A DNA stretch of 63,973 nt, filler included, from Pseudovirgaria hyperparasitica (GCA_010093815.1; 5 parts of 5 records of this genome joined end to end with filler, not necessarily neighbours in it); one strand, 5' to 3'. Shown: positions 1 to 13,963, numbered from the whole stretch's first letter. The notes: a model not told the origin generated them from the letters alone. Program-made: numbers and translations.

Positions 1-228
1 AGGCTACGGGTTTTAGCTCTGAATTTATACTCTCTAAAGAGCTTATAAACCTTAGTATTAATTCCTATAAAGGAAACTTAGAAGACTATCTAAGTAATTT
101 TAAGAGAATAGTAAATAGTCTAGAGTCTAAAGCTATTAAACTTCCATCTAAGATTCTTATAGCTCTATTATTAAATAATCTAAATAAAGATTATAAATAT
201 ATTATAGCTCTTATTACCTAGAATATAA

Positions 229-243
<15 letters not shown>
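1..243 (+). pseudogene. Ty1/Copia-like gag fragment, 5' part, RIP-mutated and interrupted by a LINE
   Basis: Degenerate gag-like frame (ESKAIKLPSKILIALLLNNLNKDYKYII) that resumes at 16956 after the 15-bp duplication GAGTTAATAATAATA (229-243 and 16956-16970). Confidence 0.6.
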
Positions 244-270
<27 letters not shown>

Positions 271-490
271 TTATATAACTAGGTAGAGTAGTACTCTATA
301 GGCCTATACCTCCTCTACTCTAAGCCACTATGTAAGAAGAAACCCTATAGGGAAAAACTTCCTTATGTCTATAACTATATCTCGTTAAACCTCTATTTCG
401 TCTTAAGTATATAGCTATAGGGTACGCCTATTAGCCTATAGCCTATATTACTATTATTTTACCCTTAGATAGCATGTATAGGTGCGGAGG

Positions 491-521
491 TTATTAGTTA
501 AGGGCTACTCTTAACTAATAA
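491..521. promoter_or_regulatory. Shared palindrome copy 1 (LINE 3' end, contains the ORF2 stop)
   Basis: TTATTAGTTAAGGGCTACTCTTAACTAATAA. Confidence 0.8.
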
Positions 522-3451
522 TCGGGGTTCTCCCGGGGTTCTTCCGGTATATATTAGGTTACTACCAGCGTATACCGGGTCTCTTCTAGTATATATTTCC
601 GGGTCCACTAGTACTAGAGAAGTAGTAGATATATAAGCATCTATCGGGAGACGTCCTTAGGGTACTTATTAAGCTATTATATGATATCTAAAGTCTTCGT
701 AACGTGGATAAGCTATTACCGTTATATATAGAGGTTAGGGTATATAGCTAGATAGTAGCGTATTATACCTCTCCGGCCGTACGCCTTATACTATAGAGAG
801 ATATTAGGAACGCCTCTCTTATAGATATAGTATAGGAGTCCTATGGCGCCCGTTCGGGCTTAGATAAGTATAGATACTTAGGCTTTCGTTAGCCCTTTAT
901 ACATCTATTTACTCGGTTCCTTCTATGGCCCTTAAATCTACTCTAGGTACCTATTCTACTAGGAGGTCTAGTAGGCACGGAGTGTCTCTTTCTACTTATC
1001 TTAAGTCCACGACCGTATGTTTTTCACGAGTTCTTAAAGACTCTACTAGTCTAGAAGAGCGTCCGGGTTATCTCGGACTTCTTATACTACTTAGCTAGAG
1101 TTAGCTTCTATTAAGCACCTATATTATATTCGATTCCGGCCTATATATAGGAGTGCGCGGTAATATATACTAATTCATACACGTAGCGCGGCGAAAGTAT
1201 ATTCTACGTTTCCTATACGTTCCTATACTTATTATTTAGTAAAGTATACTACCCTCTATATCTAGTAGAAGTTATATATACTTATGACGTCTATCTCGCG
1301 TCGTAGTAGTACCATGTTAGTAGCTTTATATACGCCTAATATAAGACGGAGTATACGGTTCTATATGGATTTAAGCTTCATTCGCCTAGTCTATATAAGG
1401 GCCGTATACTAGCACTCGTGTCCGTACGTAAAGGCGGGTCGTGCTATAGATATATATAGCTGGCGTGCCTTATCCCGGGCGGTTCCCTATATAGAGGCTA
1501 TAATCCGTTGTATAGCGGCTTCTATCTAGAGGGCTCTAGAGACGGCGTATACTACTTATGGTCCCTATTTAAGCTTACTATCTAGTATAACTCCGAGCGC
1601 GCGTATACTTTATACTAGTAGTTCGTTAAATGCGTCGATTCGAGGGCGTTATTCGCCTTCCCTAGTTACCTATTTCCCTTAACGATTAATAAAGTATATA
1701 AGCTAGTATTTCTCTAGGGCGAACTTTACTCTATAGCGTTTTACCTACTAGAGGCACCTCTCGTGGTCCTATTCTAGTCGTCTACACGTTCGGTTGGTAT
1801 TATTATCGATAGCTAGGAGGTATATATTATTAGCGTATCCGACTACCTCTATATACTTTATTTCTTAAAGAAGGTCTACCGTAAAGAAGAGGAATAGGAT
1901 TAGAGAGATAGTACTCCCTTATAGGATGCCGTATACCGTCTCTTTATATTCGCTCTAGTACCTAGGGATATATATCTAAGTTGTTCTTCCTATGAGGAAT
2001 GACTATATAAAGCGTATAATCCATTCTAGTATTCGTCTTATCCGGAGGTTATAAATAAGTCTTATATGGTTTACCTTATTAAACGCTCCGGCCATATCGA
2101 GGGAGAGGAGCGATACTATCCGTCCCTGTTTCCATGCGGCCTAGACGACTTTAATAATATATTAGATAGCTATTATTAGGGAGCTATCTACCTTTACCTT
2201 CTAGTTCGGAGGGAGGAGATTATATTTCTATACCGCGGTACTTATCTTCTTTACTATCGTAGCCTCTAGTATCTTATCTAGGTAGAAGAGAAGGGCGATT
2301 AGTCTCTATCCCTTTAGGGAGTTAGGGCTCTTTCCTAGTTTCGGGAGTATAATAGTATAGGCGACTCGGAAGCTCTAGGGGTGGTACCCCTACGTAACGC
2401 ATGCTTAGAATATACGAGTAATAAGCGGTAGGGTCGCTTTTATAGTACTTTTTAGGTATCGATTTAGAATTCCATCTAGTCCGGGTGCTTTATTATTTAG
2501 GAGTATCTTAATAATATTAAGTATGTTCTCCTCCGTAACTTCTTCGGGGATATCTACCACGTATAGATATTTAGCGCCGTGAACGTCTAATAGGTCTACT
2601 AGTTCCGGGAGAGGGAACATGGCCTCCTATAGGGCCTTAGTTTTCTTAAGGCTCGTGGAGTATATTCTTCCCTAATATATTAGGGGAGGTATAAGTAGCG
2701 GGGGTGTCGGAGTGTCTACGCCCTTAGCCCATTTCGCTATACGCCATAGCCCTATTACGTATCATGTCTATTAACTAGTAATTATACGCCACTATTTACG
2801 CCTTTTGTTACGGAGGACTTTATCGCGTTATCGTATCGCTTCCTTCTATTCTTTCTACGACTCGGGTATTCTCGTACGGTATACGCGTATATATAGTCTT
2901 CGGGCGTCTTATCTACTTTCCCGTACTCGAGGAATCCCCTTTACTTCTAGGGGCCGGTATATTTAGTATAGTACGTGTTTATTTCTCGTATTCTAATATA
3001 TTTATAGGAGTATCTATACGGCCTAGTCTATAGCTAGGTCGTTAGATATATCGACTATAGAGGGATCTAGGATCGCCGATTCTAGGTCCTTTAGGTACTT
3101 TTCCTAGTCGGTGTCCTTCTATATCTATTATCCCCGTTGTTTATTCGGGATATACACGTTTATTACGGTTTCCATGTATTCGTGGTCGGAATCCGTCTAT
3201 ACCTAGTCTAGGTAGTAGTATTAGATCCGGTGACTAATATACTCCGTGGCGAAGGTAAGGTTAAGCGTAGACCCGTCTTTATTCTATTTATGTTTTTTCT
3301 ATATAACTTATTCTATAGGTGTAAGTAGATATAGGAAGTCGTGGTAGCGGGTACGTAGTTCCCTTACTCTAAGTTCTTCCCTAACCACGGCTAGGCCTCT
3401 CTACCATTAGTAGTAGAGGTTAAAGTCTCCTAGAAGGATGTGTTACTCTAG

Positions 3452-3822
3452 TGTGATGAGCCATCGCCACGTATATCCCTTTTTATAAATGGCTGTGTCC
3501 TTAGTATAGTAGTCGCGACGAACTTACAAGTATCTCTCCCAGGTATTATAAGTTCTCTTTGAACGCACGACTTCTTATTAGTTCTCTTTTACGATAGGAC
3601 GGGTCTATACAATACTCTTAATCAATTTATTAATAGCTAAGCCTAATAATCAATACCCATAGAGGCCCATGAACGTAAGGAAAGGTCGAATTATCGAATA
3701 TTAGTAATGGGGAAGCGTGTCATCTAGAATGACCAAGGAAAACGCCCTCCTTAAATATATAATGAGCTATGTAATCAAGCTAGGGACATATACATGTAGG
3801 GCTGCAGGAGCGGCCTTCCACA
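3452..3822 (-). repeat. 3' LTR (371 bp)
   Basis: TGTGATGAGCC...GGCCTTCCACA, matching 14496-14867 apart from transitions; polypurine tract GGCCGGGGAGG adjacent on the minus strand (~3826-3837). Confidence 0.92.
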
Positions 3823-3968
3823 TATACCTCCCCGGCCTATAGAACTACTACCCTTAGTAGTGTAGTAACCGTGTGAGAAACCGTGTGAAGAACGCCCAAA
3901 AGAAAGACCTTAATATGAATAAAATGCGCCCCTAGTAAACCTCTTAGCGCGGGTAAACCTTAGCCCGG

Positions 3969-4001
3969 ATTATTAGTTAAGGGCAGCCCTTAACTAATAA
4001 T
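3969..4001. promoter_or_regulatory. Shared palindrome copy 2 (end of Gypsy ORF3)
   Basis: ATTATTAGTTAAGGGCAGCCCTTAACTAATAAT. Confidence 0.8.
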
Positions 4002-6954
4002 TAGGTAGGTTTTTAGGCGCCTAATCTTAGTACTTAAGGTCGCGAGCTAGCTCCTAAAGAATCGTGTCGCTTATCTTAGAGAGGTTAGATTCCTCCTCGT
4101 CGGATAGTTCATTAGGCCTCTCCTATCTATAGAAGTTCTCTTCGACGTTATCTAGGCCCGCGTTAGGCTCGAATTTCTTAAAATTAATTAGCCGCTTGGC
4201 GGCGCGCGCCTCGTTAAATTCCTTCTAGAACGACCTATCCCCATAGACTAGCCTTTCCTACCTTACCATTTTCTTAAAGGTCTCCACGAATACCCTCGAG
4301 CCCTCCTTGAACTAGGCGTCTACCTTAGCTTTAAGTTATTAAGGACTTGCGTTAAGCCACGCAGCTGCCTCTTCTTTTACCTCCTAGCTATCCCATCTTT
4401 TACAGCCGACTAATGCGTCGCTAACGGCGTTAAAACTCGGGAGTTAAACTGCGGCTAGGAAGGCAAAAGGAATCGCGCTATATTTATTAGAAAATCCCGA
4501 CGGAGACGTAGGTCCCGGAGTTAAATTCCTGTGAGCTACTGCGAGTTATTCCCATGTACCTATTTCAGGCACTTCTATTATCATGTAATTAGGGCCAATC
4601 GCGATATACCATGGAAGCATTATACGTCTTCCACCCTTTGCGGGACCCTAGGCGCCGTGTATTATTAGTAGGCTGGAGATACGTACTTTAAGGGACTGGT
4701 AGGAGACCGGGACGAAGGGACCAAATCGTTTCCTATCGTCTACATTATAGATCTTGTCGTTAATAGCCGTGATTATACCGTTTCGATTAACCCCCTCGCG
4801 GAGCTTGGCCTTCGACCACTATTTATTTAAGAACTTATAGGAGCGGGGAACGATTATGGTATAGTCATTACTTCGTTCGTCGTCGAGACTAATACTCCCC
4901 TAGATTATGTTAAACCCGTGTCTATCGCTAGGATTAAGGATTCGATTAATGGCGTTATTAAGATACTTAAAACCCGTCTTATCGCCCCTATTCTAGGACT
5001 TCGCATAGTACGGGTACGAGATTAGATAGTAGTTAAGATTAGGCCGAAGAGCGACATAGGTGAGCTAGTAAAGTAGGCATTGCCTAATAAACTATTAGAT
5101 GTAGGAGTGGTATGTAGTTCGTAGCCAGCCGTAGTTCGATTTCTTATTAAACATGCGCTGGTGGTACTTGTACATATTAAATTCATCCCTCGCGAGTTCT
5201 AGAATACTCTTATTAAGTATAGAGGTCGTCTTTTTAAGTGGCTCGAAGAGCCCTTTAATATTAATACTTCCGGTACGTTCCTACTCGTCGAAGAGTTACC
5301 TACCTATTCTACCGTCCTCCTTCTAAATTACAAATGTAATACTAGTAAGAATGGTTTTAATATTAATGACTTACTTCGGGGTCTCTAGGGCCTAGTAATA
5401 ATAGATACCTAATGCCTCTATCGGATAAGGTGGCCGCGCGTACTTCGCGAACCAGGTATAGCGGTCCTTATAAACTTTAAGGGCCCCCACGTTATCTCTA
5501 AACTTATATACTATTTTAAGTCTCGCTACTAGGTTCAAGTAGGACACGCTAACGAGTATATTATTCTTTCTAGCCACGTCTTGGTAATGCTTATAGTAGA
5601 CTTTGTACGGAATAGCCATGTTACCTATCTACGCTTTCTAGCGTACTAGTAGGGCCATTCCCTTAATGCTCGTGAAATTCTTCTTTAATAATGTAGCTAC
5701 CTTAAAAGTCTTCGTTACTAAAGGCGCGCATCGACACTTCTTAGGCTCGTCCTCTTCCTCAACCGATGCCATCGTCTTAGGGTGTAAACTAAGAATAACC
5801 GGGGATTATCGTGCAGGCGCCCCTAGTAATTACTAAGGGCCGGTAGATAAGGTACGTCCGCGAGTAGGTTTTATCGGCGTGGCCGTAACGGGCACTAAAG
5901 ACGTTCTCGCATGGCCCGGTAAGGGACGTTTACTAGTAGTAGTAGGAGGAATACTTACTTTGAACGGATAACTAGCTTCGAAGAGACGATGTACTACTAA
6001 ACTAGAAGGCGTGCTTCGTGGAGGGGACTTCACCATAGGCGTTACCTACGCTAGTTTTAGCGATGGTAAGGTCTAAGGCGGAGGTGATATACTTATCTCT
6101 TTGATTTACAGGTAGTATTCGACGGGCCTATGAACTATTCTACTTATCTATGACTATTAACTAGCGGGGATAATAAGTCCCGTCTTATTATGGAACGTTA
6201 GTTTATTTTATCGGCTAGGGTAGTTCGAGAGTTACTAGAGAGATAGGCCGTCCTCGTTACTATCGCTAGCTAGGGTAGTATTAATATTAGAGCTCTAAAG
6301 ATATACCTTAATTCCCCTTCCCTTCTATCCCTGGCCGATTCGGGACCATAGGGATACGTTTAACTAGTTCCTTACTCTCGCCCATGTTCGCACTCGTGAG
6401 AGCGCTACTAGCTTTTCCATAAAGTTCTATGTTTACTAGAGCTATCCGAGGGCGGATTAGAGTAACTAGCCGTCGTTATTAGGGAGGTCTTTTCGCTAGT
6501 TTTATAGGATCGTATTTTTAGCTTTTAGGATGCGGGAGTTGGTATCTCTTCCACGACGAATTATCTCGTGGACTTCTTTCGGAATAGAGGAGTTAATCTT
6601 TGCCTTACTATACCCTATTGCGGCTCCTACTTCCTAGAAGAGGTTAACTATACTACTTAAGAGCTATTCTACGAGGCTAGTAATGTAAAGGAGATTATTA
6701 AACGTGTCTAGAATATAGTCCCATCGCTCTTGCGGGTCCTAGATAGCGATAATTTAGTTAATAGTAGACTCATTTATTTCCGTAGCTTCTATAGCCTATC
6801 CGTGCGGAGTAGTAGATGGCCTCGATACCATGATAGCCGTCGATGGCCCTACTTTAGCACTTACGACTCTTGACTAGGACCGCGTCTATCTTATTAGTAC
6901 TTAACGATCTTATAACTCTTCACGGGTAGGCGTTTTCTTCTTCGGCGGGGCTAT
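3994..6954 (-). pseudogene. Extra ORF (ORF3) inside the LTR element, ~980 codons, unknown function
   Basis: Starts (M)APPKKKTPTREE at 6954. ORF-track pieces 5833-6036 and 5392-5619 are in the same frame, which runs to TAA at 4027 or to the palindrome TAG at 3994. Confidence 0.7.
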
Positions 6955-7177
6955 TATTATTATTAGTTCTATTAGTAAGTTACGTTCTAAGGAGAGGTAG
7001 TTTAAGCGAGGCGGAAGTAGAGGAGGAGGTTTTATTAATTAAGGAGGTATAGAGAGGTATAAGAGGGAAGAGTTATATACTATCTTAAGTTCTCTTTTTA
7101 TGCCTCCTCGAATGCCGGGTATATAGTAATTTTTATGAATGATCCTTACCAACGGCCGTAGGCCCGTATACGTGTCG

Positions 7178-7279
7178 AATCTATGAATGAATATATACTA
7201 GGTATATAGGAAATCTATGAATGAATGTGTCTACCGGGTATATGGCGGAATCTATAAATAAATAGATACTGGGTATATT
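7178..7279. repeat. Three imperfect ~34-38 bp tandem repeats between pol and ORF3
   Basis: Unit approx. GAATCTATGAATGAAT...RGGTATAT, three times. Confidence 0.7.
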
Positions 7280-7665
7280 CTTATCCTTATAAGACTTCCT
7301 ATAAGTATCTTTTTCTTTTATACCTTCTCCTTCTTTTCTTCCTTATTAGTTTCTAACGGGGCCCGTTCTATAGTAACGAAATAGGCCTTCGATAGGTAGG
7401 CTTCGATTACACGACCGGTTTTAATGTATGGTGGGTGGAATTTCGCGTAAACGCCATTATATCTTCTTTCGAGCATTACTTGCTTTAATAATAGGTTTTA
7501 TTATTTTATAGTGATGATGGGGTTCATCATCCTCTTTCGATAATAGAGTTTATCGTCATGAGACTACTTTTATAAGCATCCCTTCCCTCCTTAAAAAAAA
7601 ACTTCTATCCTCTAGAAGGAGATATCGATTCTAGGGAAACGTAAATATTCCTCTCTATTAAAGCC

Positions 7666-10600
7666 TTACGGAGTAGGAATTACTACTTCCACCCGGGTTC
7701 GTGTGGCGTCGTCGAGGTATTCCGTGAGTTGTTTATAATAGTTTTCCTTATCGCTACTCTCCTTATTTTCCTCGGTAATTCTTCTAATTAGTAGTCGCGA
7801 GGGCTTGTCGTGACTCTCGTTACTCGTATTTCTCATGAAATATTTCTTTAACCTGTGGCTAGGAAACGTCCCTCTAAGCATGGCTCTATTAAGCTCCGCG
7901 AGCTTATAAGTGTAATTAAACATAGACTAGATTCTATATGGCCCCCTCTAATACTACCTTAGCTTTCGCCCTATGTCCTTCTATCGCTACGAGTTATATA
8001 GAAGGATAATTATATCGACTAGTAACGACTCTTAACAAAGGTAATGGTCGTTATTCTATGCCTCTCTTAATTCCTTACGCGTTCGTATCGTATAGATATA
8101 GGCCTCCTTAAGATCCTCGGATCTTCTCTTAAGTTATCTAGCTCGAAGAGCGAGTAAGTCGGACGTTAATTACACCTCGTTCTAAGGGAGTATTCGGAGC
8201 GACTTAAATTCGACTTCGATAGGCATGATTAGTTTATGGCCGAGCACGAGGTATACGGCACTATACCCTATACTAGCACGTGTCGTTATTCTATCTATCT
8301 AGATAACCGCATGGAGGTAGTCGGGCTAGTTCTTGAATCCGCTATTAGTTATCTTCGCGAGAGCATTAGCGAGTAGTATAAAACTTCTCTTAATAATCCT
8401 ATTTGCTCGGGGATTATACGTAGATATAACCTTCTAATAAATTCTATAGAGTCGGAGAAGCTCCTCTATGGCACCCATATTTTCTCTACTACCATTATAG
8501 GTGATTTTAGGAATGATTCCGTATCTATAGATCACGTTCTTAAAGAGGAACTTTACGACGACTATGGACGTGGCCGCCGTACATGCCTCCGCCTTAGTCT
8601 ATCCGCTTAGCTATTCTCGTATAGATACCACTTTACTATACCCCATAGAAGGTGGTAGTATCGTTACGTCTAAGTGCATTCTTTACCAAAGAATAGGCGT
8701 TATAACGTGGTAGAGCCCTTTATCAAGACCTCCAAGGAGCTTACTTCGTCGTTAACATTCGTTATAGGTTTTCACGTGCTATCGCACGTCTCTACGCATA
8801 TCTATCTACCAATACTTATCCTTAATTCTTCCGAGGGTCCCTTCGCTATCTCTATAATCTATCTCGTCGTGAGTGGTAGTAATTATACACGCCCTAGTAT
8901 TCGGATCCTTAATTACTCGTGTGTGTTAGCGATACCTATCTCCTCTCCGCTAGAGTATTCGGTCACGCATAAGGAACTTTAGGTAGTCGGTTATAAAGGC
9001 CTTATATACTCGGTCGGTTAGGTTAGTTAGCCTCTTGAGTGTAGTAAGATACTTCGTAATCCTCTACTATTTATTACTATATTTATCTATTAAGGGAGAC
9101 TTAATAGCGGTATAGTCGAGTATCCCTATCGTGTAATCTCTCCCGCTAATAGGCTTGATTAACGACGTCTCTAGTACGTCTATATATAGAGCCATGTCTA
9201 TAAACTCGTCTAGGTTAAAGGTAGGGACGTCTGGTAGTTCTTCTCCTTCGTGCATCCGTAAGATACTATCGGCGACTACGTTACGCTTTCTAGGTACGTG
9301 CCTAACTATAAAGTTCTATAGCTAAATCTACGCGAGCCACCTAGTAACGAGCGCCCCTAGTAAGTTAGTTACGGTACGGTTAATTTAAGCGACTAGAGTA
9401 TTCGCGTCTGTTTCTATAATAAAGTGCGTGCTATAGAGGTATTACTAGAACTTCTATAACGCGTGGAGGAGGGCTCGGTACTCTAGTTTCACGGTGTCGT
9501 AGTTTCTCTTAGCTTTTAACCATATTCCTCTATTATACCGCGATAGCTAACGTTTATAATTCTCGTTCTCCTATATTAACGTAGCCCTCTACCCAACGTT
9601 ACTAGAGTCTACTACTAGGATTATATCTCCCGTACCTGTCCCGTACCGTAACGTTATTAGTGCGGGAGTAGTGGTTAGAGCTATCTTTAGCGCGTCCATC
9701 GAGGTCTACTCCTTAGCTATCTACTACTAGGCCGATTTATTCTTTAATAGTGTAAATAGCGGCGATACGATAACAGCGTACCCGGGGATCCATATCTAGA
9801 AATATATATAAACGCCAAGGAAGGCTCGCATATTCGTCGTGTTTTTATAGGGTTTCTAGTCCCTAATAGTAGTAACCTTTTCACCACTCGGTCGCCTCCC
9901 TTTAATGCCGTAGACGTATCCTATAACGTTAGCGGCTTTAATATACTACTAAGTCTTCTTACTACTTAGGGCGTATCTAGCGCGCTCTATATCCGCGAGA
10001 ACCTTATCCACGTTAATTAAATATTCTAGGATATACCTACGAATTCCAGGTAGGGCCTCCTTAGAGTTATATTTCGTCGTGGGTCCTTTAATACCTAAGT
10101 CATCTAGGAATAGTAGAGCCCTCTCCGGGATGTGTTCTTATATAATAGTTAACATGATTCTAACGAACTAAGCTACTGAATTAGTGGCCCCTTAAGGTAA
10201 TATTATCCTATATAGTAATCCTAGGGGCGTTATAAACCCCGTTAAGTCTCGGCAATGCTCTGCTAATGGAATCTAATCGTATTCTAAGAAGAAGTCGGTA
10301 AACGTTAAGACGGCCATCCCCGTGAAGTACTCCGAGAATTCTTTATACGAGGGCGGCGTGGCCGCATTACGAATAGTAACTCGGTTAATTTCTATCGCCG
10401 AATTAATTAACCTATAATCTCGTTCCTTATTAACTTCCTTCTTCTTTTCCACGAGAAAATAGGCGTTTCGATAAGGACTACTATAGGGCTCGAGCCTTCC
10501 GCTATTAAGACGCTCTTTTAGGATTATAAGTACCTTCCTATAAAGGGCTCTAGGAATATTAAAGTTCTTAGCCTACCATGCCTTATGTTCTACCGTTCGG

Positions 10601-13600
10601 ATCTCCTACGGAGATACCACCTCTTCGTTAAATTTACTAAGGTATAAGAATTCCTATACTAGTACTTCCTCGCGATATAATAAGATTATATATAGTAACT
10701 TAAGTTCCGCGGGACGTAGCTCCATTCTAATCTTTAGCTAACTTATACGTAGAGGCGTTAGACGTGTTCCTAGCGGGATAGTTACCCTTCGAGGCTCTAT
10801 TAGCCTATTAAACGCGTTAAGGCCTAGGTAGACGGCCGGAAGAAGTGCCTACCGTGCGATTACTCGTTTACGCTAGTCTAGATACCCTAATAGATTCCTA
10901 GAGACCTTTTAGTGGGCTTCGGAGTTATCTACGGGGTGTACTTTAACTCCCTTTCTTTTATACATGGTGGCCATACTAAATCCCTTTAATACCCCGGATG
11001 AATACCGTCTTTAGAGGCCGGTAGAGCCTACTATAAGCCGTTCTATTATCATGCCTTATTTATATACGAAGGCAGCGTACCTTACCGCCGTAACTAGGGC
11101 GGCTAAGTCATCTTTTCTCGATAACCGAGTAACATTTTTAGGCCGGATTTTCTCGGAAAGTAACTCTATATAACTTATTTCTATATCCATATAAAAATAT
11201 ATTCTATCCCCTTCGTTAGTGGGTTTACCGGACCCTATTTAGTACGGATTATTAGTTAAGGGCAGCCCTTAACTAATAATCCGGCTTAACTCCGGCTTCT
11301 AGCGACATGCTCCGCTATATAGTTAGTCTCTAGCCACGGAGTTACCCTCCTTCTCTAAGACTAGAATATACTTGTCCGGACTAGTTTCGAAGGTTACACG
11401 TTCTTATCTATATACGGAGTAGACTATTAAGAGTACTTACCTAGAGGCTAACCTCTATACCGTAAGTAAGGCCTGCCTAGTATATGGCTCCCCTAGGATA
11501 AGGTTATAATTAAGTTCGCTATATACGAATATCGAAGTAGCCGTAACGATCCGACCTATACGGATAGAGTATTACTATACTATTCCCACGAATAGAGTAC
11601 TATACTAAGTAGCGCTAACTAAACTCGAGTTCTTTATATATGGTAGAAGCGAAGATATCGCTAGCCCGAGACGCCTCGTAGCATCTAGTCGAATACTATT
11701 TATCTACGCGCTACTATCGAATAGTACTATACTAGTCGCCCTTTTAGGACTAACTTCCACGGGGTACCTCGGACACTCGGCCACTAGCCTTACTATCCCT
11801 TCCTTAAGCTAATTAATATCTCGTTACGTGATGGCCGTCCCTATAGCATGGAGGGGTACTAATATATTAAGTTTATTTATCTCGGGAGCCATAGCATGGT
11901 CGTTTCTTCCTTTCTTCTCGGCTCTCTCCTCTTAAGCCTTATAGATCTCTCTAGCTATAAAGTCGGGGGCGCCCTTCTCGAATACCGCACGATATAAGTT
12001 ACTATTAAGGCTTAATAGTTCGCTAATAGTGATATTTATAGTTGTCCCTAGAACGCGCACCAGCCATGCTTCGCTAGCTTCTATACTTAGCCGCTATCCC
12101 TCGCGTAGATAGTTATTAAGCTTAACGCCTCGGATACGTGCCTTTTAACTAGGATTTAGGCCATCCCCTTTATCTATCTTATCCTTAGGCGCCGTTGGCT
12201 CTTATTTAGACGTTCTCTAGTCGCTACTCTTCTCGCCGTCCTTCTATTCCTCGATAATCCTTATATACTACCCTTCACGCATTCCGTAGAGACGGGCGAT
12301 CTTTCTTTCCTTAGTACGATTAGGTATACTCTTCGTGATTCCCCTTCTAGATATTACGAGCATAGCGGGCTCTTCTAGGGCCATCTTCTCGCGGATATAT
12401 CTATTACTAGCCACGTCGAAGCGTTCGTAGAATTCTATATATCTATCTTTCTTACTCTCGGGCGACGTGACTTCTTCTTCCGAATTACTATCCGCCGAGG
12501 CCTAGTAGGGACCCTTCATAGGTTTTATACTAATACTATATACTAGCACTCCCTATGAAGCGTTAATGTTTACTATAGACGTGGAAACCTTTACTCCCCC
12601 TCCGTACTAGCTTAGGCCGTTTTAAACCGTTACTACGTAGTTCCGGATAGCTTATAGGGTAGCTTATGGCTCTACCGAGGAGGGTGGTAATGGGATTTCT
12701 TCTCCGTTCGCCCCGAAACGCCCTTAGAATACTCGCACCCCATTAATATTTAGTAATCCGTCTCTAATATATCCTACTATCTCCGGATATCTATATATTA
12801 GGTAATCTCCTCCGCACGTAATGCACACGATCGGTCTTTAAGGCCTATCCTAGGCTATAACGCCTCCTTAGGAGTCTCGGGTGGAGATATATTCTCTATT
12901 CTATATATAATTCTATGGATAAACTTGCGTTGGTTCTATGGGCATGCCTCATGCTTAGGGGTGTATTAAAAGATTTAGCCTTCGCGCCTACTAGTTAATA
13001 ATAGCCGAAAGTAGCTTAGGTTTATACTTCTTAAGGGATAAGAATAAGGGATTAGAGGCAAAGTAGGACTTTATCTTAATTAACGTGAGGTCTAGTTTAC
13101 TAAATCTCTCTACCATCTCGTTAAACTTATCCGATCCTAGCGCGACGTGTACTTCGACTAGAGAGGGGTGGCTAAATTCATTAGTTCTTCTTTCTTCATG
13201 TGACTACTCTTCTAAGCTAGTCTTCTTACTCCCTATCTTTAATTTATAGTATATAGCTGTGGCTAGCTCTTGTGCGGCTAAGTGCTTATTAATATAAGCT
13301 AGTTCCTTAAGTGCTCTAGCCTTTCGTAATACGAAGTCATAGATAATTACCTAGTCGTAACTATATGCTTCCATCGTGAGTTGACATTTCTCTATAGCCC
13401 GAGCCTTAAGACTATTAGGCAGCCCTTCTAGGAAGAGCTCTATTCGCGAATACGAGCTTAGGCTTCCTTTAGCCGTAAGTTTCTCTATAATAATACGATA
13501 CCGGGAGTAGTATATAGGGAGAGAGTAGGATGGGTCTACTTTAACCATTTCCACGTATTTTCGGATAAAGTAGATGGTGTCTTCCTCGAGGGCGGAGTTA

Positions 13601-13836
13601 AATAGAGAGAATTCCTTTAATAATTCTTCACGTAGCGTGGCCTACTACTATTTCTAAAACCTATCTATTCCTTTAATAGTAGGACGGAGATAGTCCTCGT
13701 AGTATAACGGTAGGGAGGTTATCTTCTTATTAGACGGAACTTCGTAGTTTATATATATGTCCTCGTACTTCCGAAGGAAGGCCGTGATATTTATTCCTTT
13801 AAAGCGCTCGGGGGCTAGGGTAGGTAGAGGTACCAT
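7666..13836 (-). pseudogene. Gypsy gag-pol polyprotein, single frame of 2057 codons with RIP stops
   Basis: All minus ORF-track fragments (13836, 13554, 9255, 7923) share one frame. Motifs: NLILGEPY (end of protease), ATMYKKKGVKVHPVD, LFLDDLGIKG (RT, ~10090-10115), RNase H near 9600, integrase, GPY/F tail ending VEVVIPTP. Confidence 0.88.
11245..11283. promoter_or_regulatory. Shared palindrome copy 3 (perfect, 39 bp, in the PR-RT linker of gag-pol)
   Basis: CGGATTATTAGTTAAGGGC-A-GCCCTTAACTAATAATCCG. Confidence 0.85.
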
Positions 13837-13963
13837 CCTTCCTTATCGCGCAAATGCTACGAAGAAGTTAAGTATCTCTCTACGAGTTACTAGGTCGTTG
13901 TTTTAAGCTCCTATCGCACCATTACTAGTAGTAGGTGTGCTAGTGGAGACGCTGGGGGTAAGG

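Noticed and set aside
11190..11325. Separate gag-PR and pol ORFs with a frameshift
   Set aside because: Coordinates put both in one frame; the intervening TAA/TAG codons fit RIP.
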